DNA of 63,988 nucleotides, filler included, from Perkinsus olseni (Eukaryota): NCBI GenBank assembly GCA_013115125.1. It is 3 parts of 3 records of this genome, joined end to end, with 100 filler letters (N's around TTAATTAATTAA, not from the genome) between each part and the next. Parts side by side here need not be neighbours in the genome. Positions count along the whole stretch, not along the records: positions 45,142 to 63,988 come from JABANN010000607.1; 2 more parts are not named here. One strand, 5' to 3'. Shown piece by piece: positions 62,461 to 63,988 of this stretch (position 1 is its first letter; each line of letters starts with the position of its first letter). The notes under the pieces were generated by a model. It saw only the letters and a program-made list of their open reading frames with translations, ran no database searches and was not told where the DNA came from. The position numbers and the translations under genes were made by a program.

Positions 62461-63988
62461 TCTTGGTTGAGCAGGCAGTCATCTGTAGAGCATGGCAAAC
62501 GCTCTTGCTCCTCGCTATTGCCCATGCGCTGATAACGTTGGCACTGCTGCACGTGATGTGGACGGGCGGCGGCTCCGAGAGGCACCAGTGGTATCTTGAA
62601 ATTAAACCGAGATCACACGGCAGCATCTCCCCTCTAGCTAAGTCGCATCTAGCGTATGCTGCTTCGGGTTATCCCGACACTATTTTTCATACCGTTCCTA
62701 CCACAACTCCTCATCACCCCCCCCCGCTGCTACCTTGCAAACACTGGAGCCACCGTCCACTGAGATCGGGCGTCTGGATGAACGGCATCAACGTCAGTCT
62801 TGCTTGGCCAATCATCAGTTGTCACAACGACCACTTCATGATAGCGAGACGTTGGCACCTACTCCCTCATATCGCCACCAAAGGGGCATCTCTCCCTCCA
62901 CTACGATCGGCAAACCCTCGTCGTCCTTGCCAAGAGACGGTGCTTCATACATGGTGTCCCACGGTAACACCTACCAACGCGCAGGCCCTACCCCAAAGTC
63001 TCTGCGCTAACTTCACTCACTGGTTTCTTCCTCAGAGTCCTCACTACGCTCTTGGTCAAATTGATAGCAACAAAGCCATCAGAAGCATGGATATAGGATC
63101 CGTAAGCTGGCTGTTGTAGGTTCAACTGTGTCACTGATATCCCTATTCCGTCGTACAGTTCACCAACCTGGATAGCAGCGTAGAATGAACCCTCGCGCCT
63201 GCGCACGCTCCGCGCGTTACGTGAGGAAAGCAGCGATGAGGAGCTCGGGACAGTAACACCGCAACGCTGACCCCCACGTTAGAGCTGCACGCTGGTACTT
63301 CCTTATATCCCACGACGGCTACCTTGTCCCCCATGCTCATCAGCCGGCCATAACCGAGTCCAATCAGAACCAACCCTGGGAGAAGTAGAATAAAACTAAG
63401 GATGGGGCATGAGGGAAGACGACGGCAATCGGCCCACCTGCAGTGGTAGAAGGAAAGGAAGGGCTTGGAGGGAGTCTGAGTAGAAGATAGGCGGGTCTTG
63501 GCCGCTAGGATTGGCAGACCCAAGTACCTGATCGTCAACGACCCCCTACAATTACCGTTTGCCGCCGAGAGGGAGACTTCGGCTCATCGAAGATGATGAT
63601 GCGGCCGATGGGTGAGCGTGATTATCACTCCGGCCATTCGTCCGAGATCTCCGATTTTAGTAACAAGTATCGAACAGGTCATTGCCAGATCAGCCAACCT
63701 CTCAAGAACTGTTCCTGGCGAGGCTAGCGGGCATTCTCTCCGTGAAATACAATACACCCCTCCACAAATTCTTAGCATATCCGGTTTTTCGACTCGTGCA
63801 CTGTCACCTGGACGAGTAACTCCTAACTCCTGTAACTCGAGGAGCTTTATTCTTATGCTTCCCAGGATATAACCTCCAAGTTTCTGGGCCTAACTCTTCG
63901 TATTTACTGAGAACCCGAAAAGTCGTAAAAAATTTTCTCCACAAATTCTTAGCATACACGGCTTAAAATTGCGCCTCAAAATACCAAC

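Noticed and set aside
62480-63988. Possible non-LTR RT remnant (IRYLGLPI, SKFLGLT) and a 20-bp direct repeat at 63760/63937
   Set aside because: The motifs are on opposite strands with no YxDD context; likely degenerate repeat DNA that cannot be classified.

Overview
Eukaryotic, intron-dense genomic DNA, most likely an alveolate of the Perkinsus type. This is inferred from the 40-75 nt introns, gene content and N-gaps carrying a TTAATTAATTAA assembly spacer; it is not confirmed by any search. Recognisable genes: a long PDZ-like gene, an LRR gene, an intronless EEP nuclease/phosphatase, tRNA-Lys(CTT), an intronless tetraspanin-like gene, a triple-CCCH zinc-finger gene, an ankyrin-repeat gene, a PB1 plus Cys/Met-repeat gene, a SAC3/GANP gene and UFD1. 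There are also LTR-retrotransposon and Helitron-like remnants. The main unexplained signal is that about 25 short spliceosomal introns contain a tRNA 3'-half-like cassette (variable loop, B-box GGTTCGAnyCC, acceptor-like strand, often a T-run). The cassettes occur in both orientations relative to the host gene and often abut or supply the splice signals. Other introns carry one of several recurrent 12-30 bp motifs (TTTCGTGGCGCG, GCGTTGAGGAAATGCAAGATTGCAAGA, GTATCTTAGGTTGA, GCGGAGCGAAGC), densest in the first ~19 kb. Exon boundaries were read by eye and gene ends are approximate unless stated.
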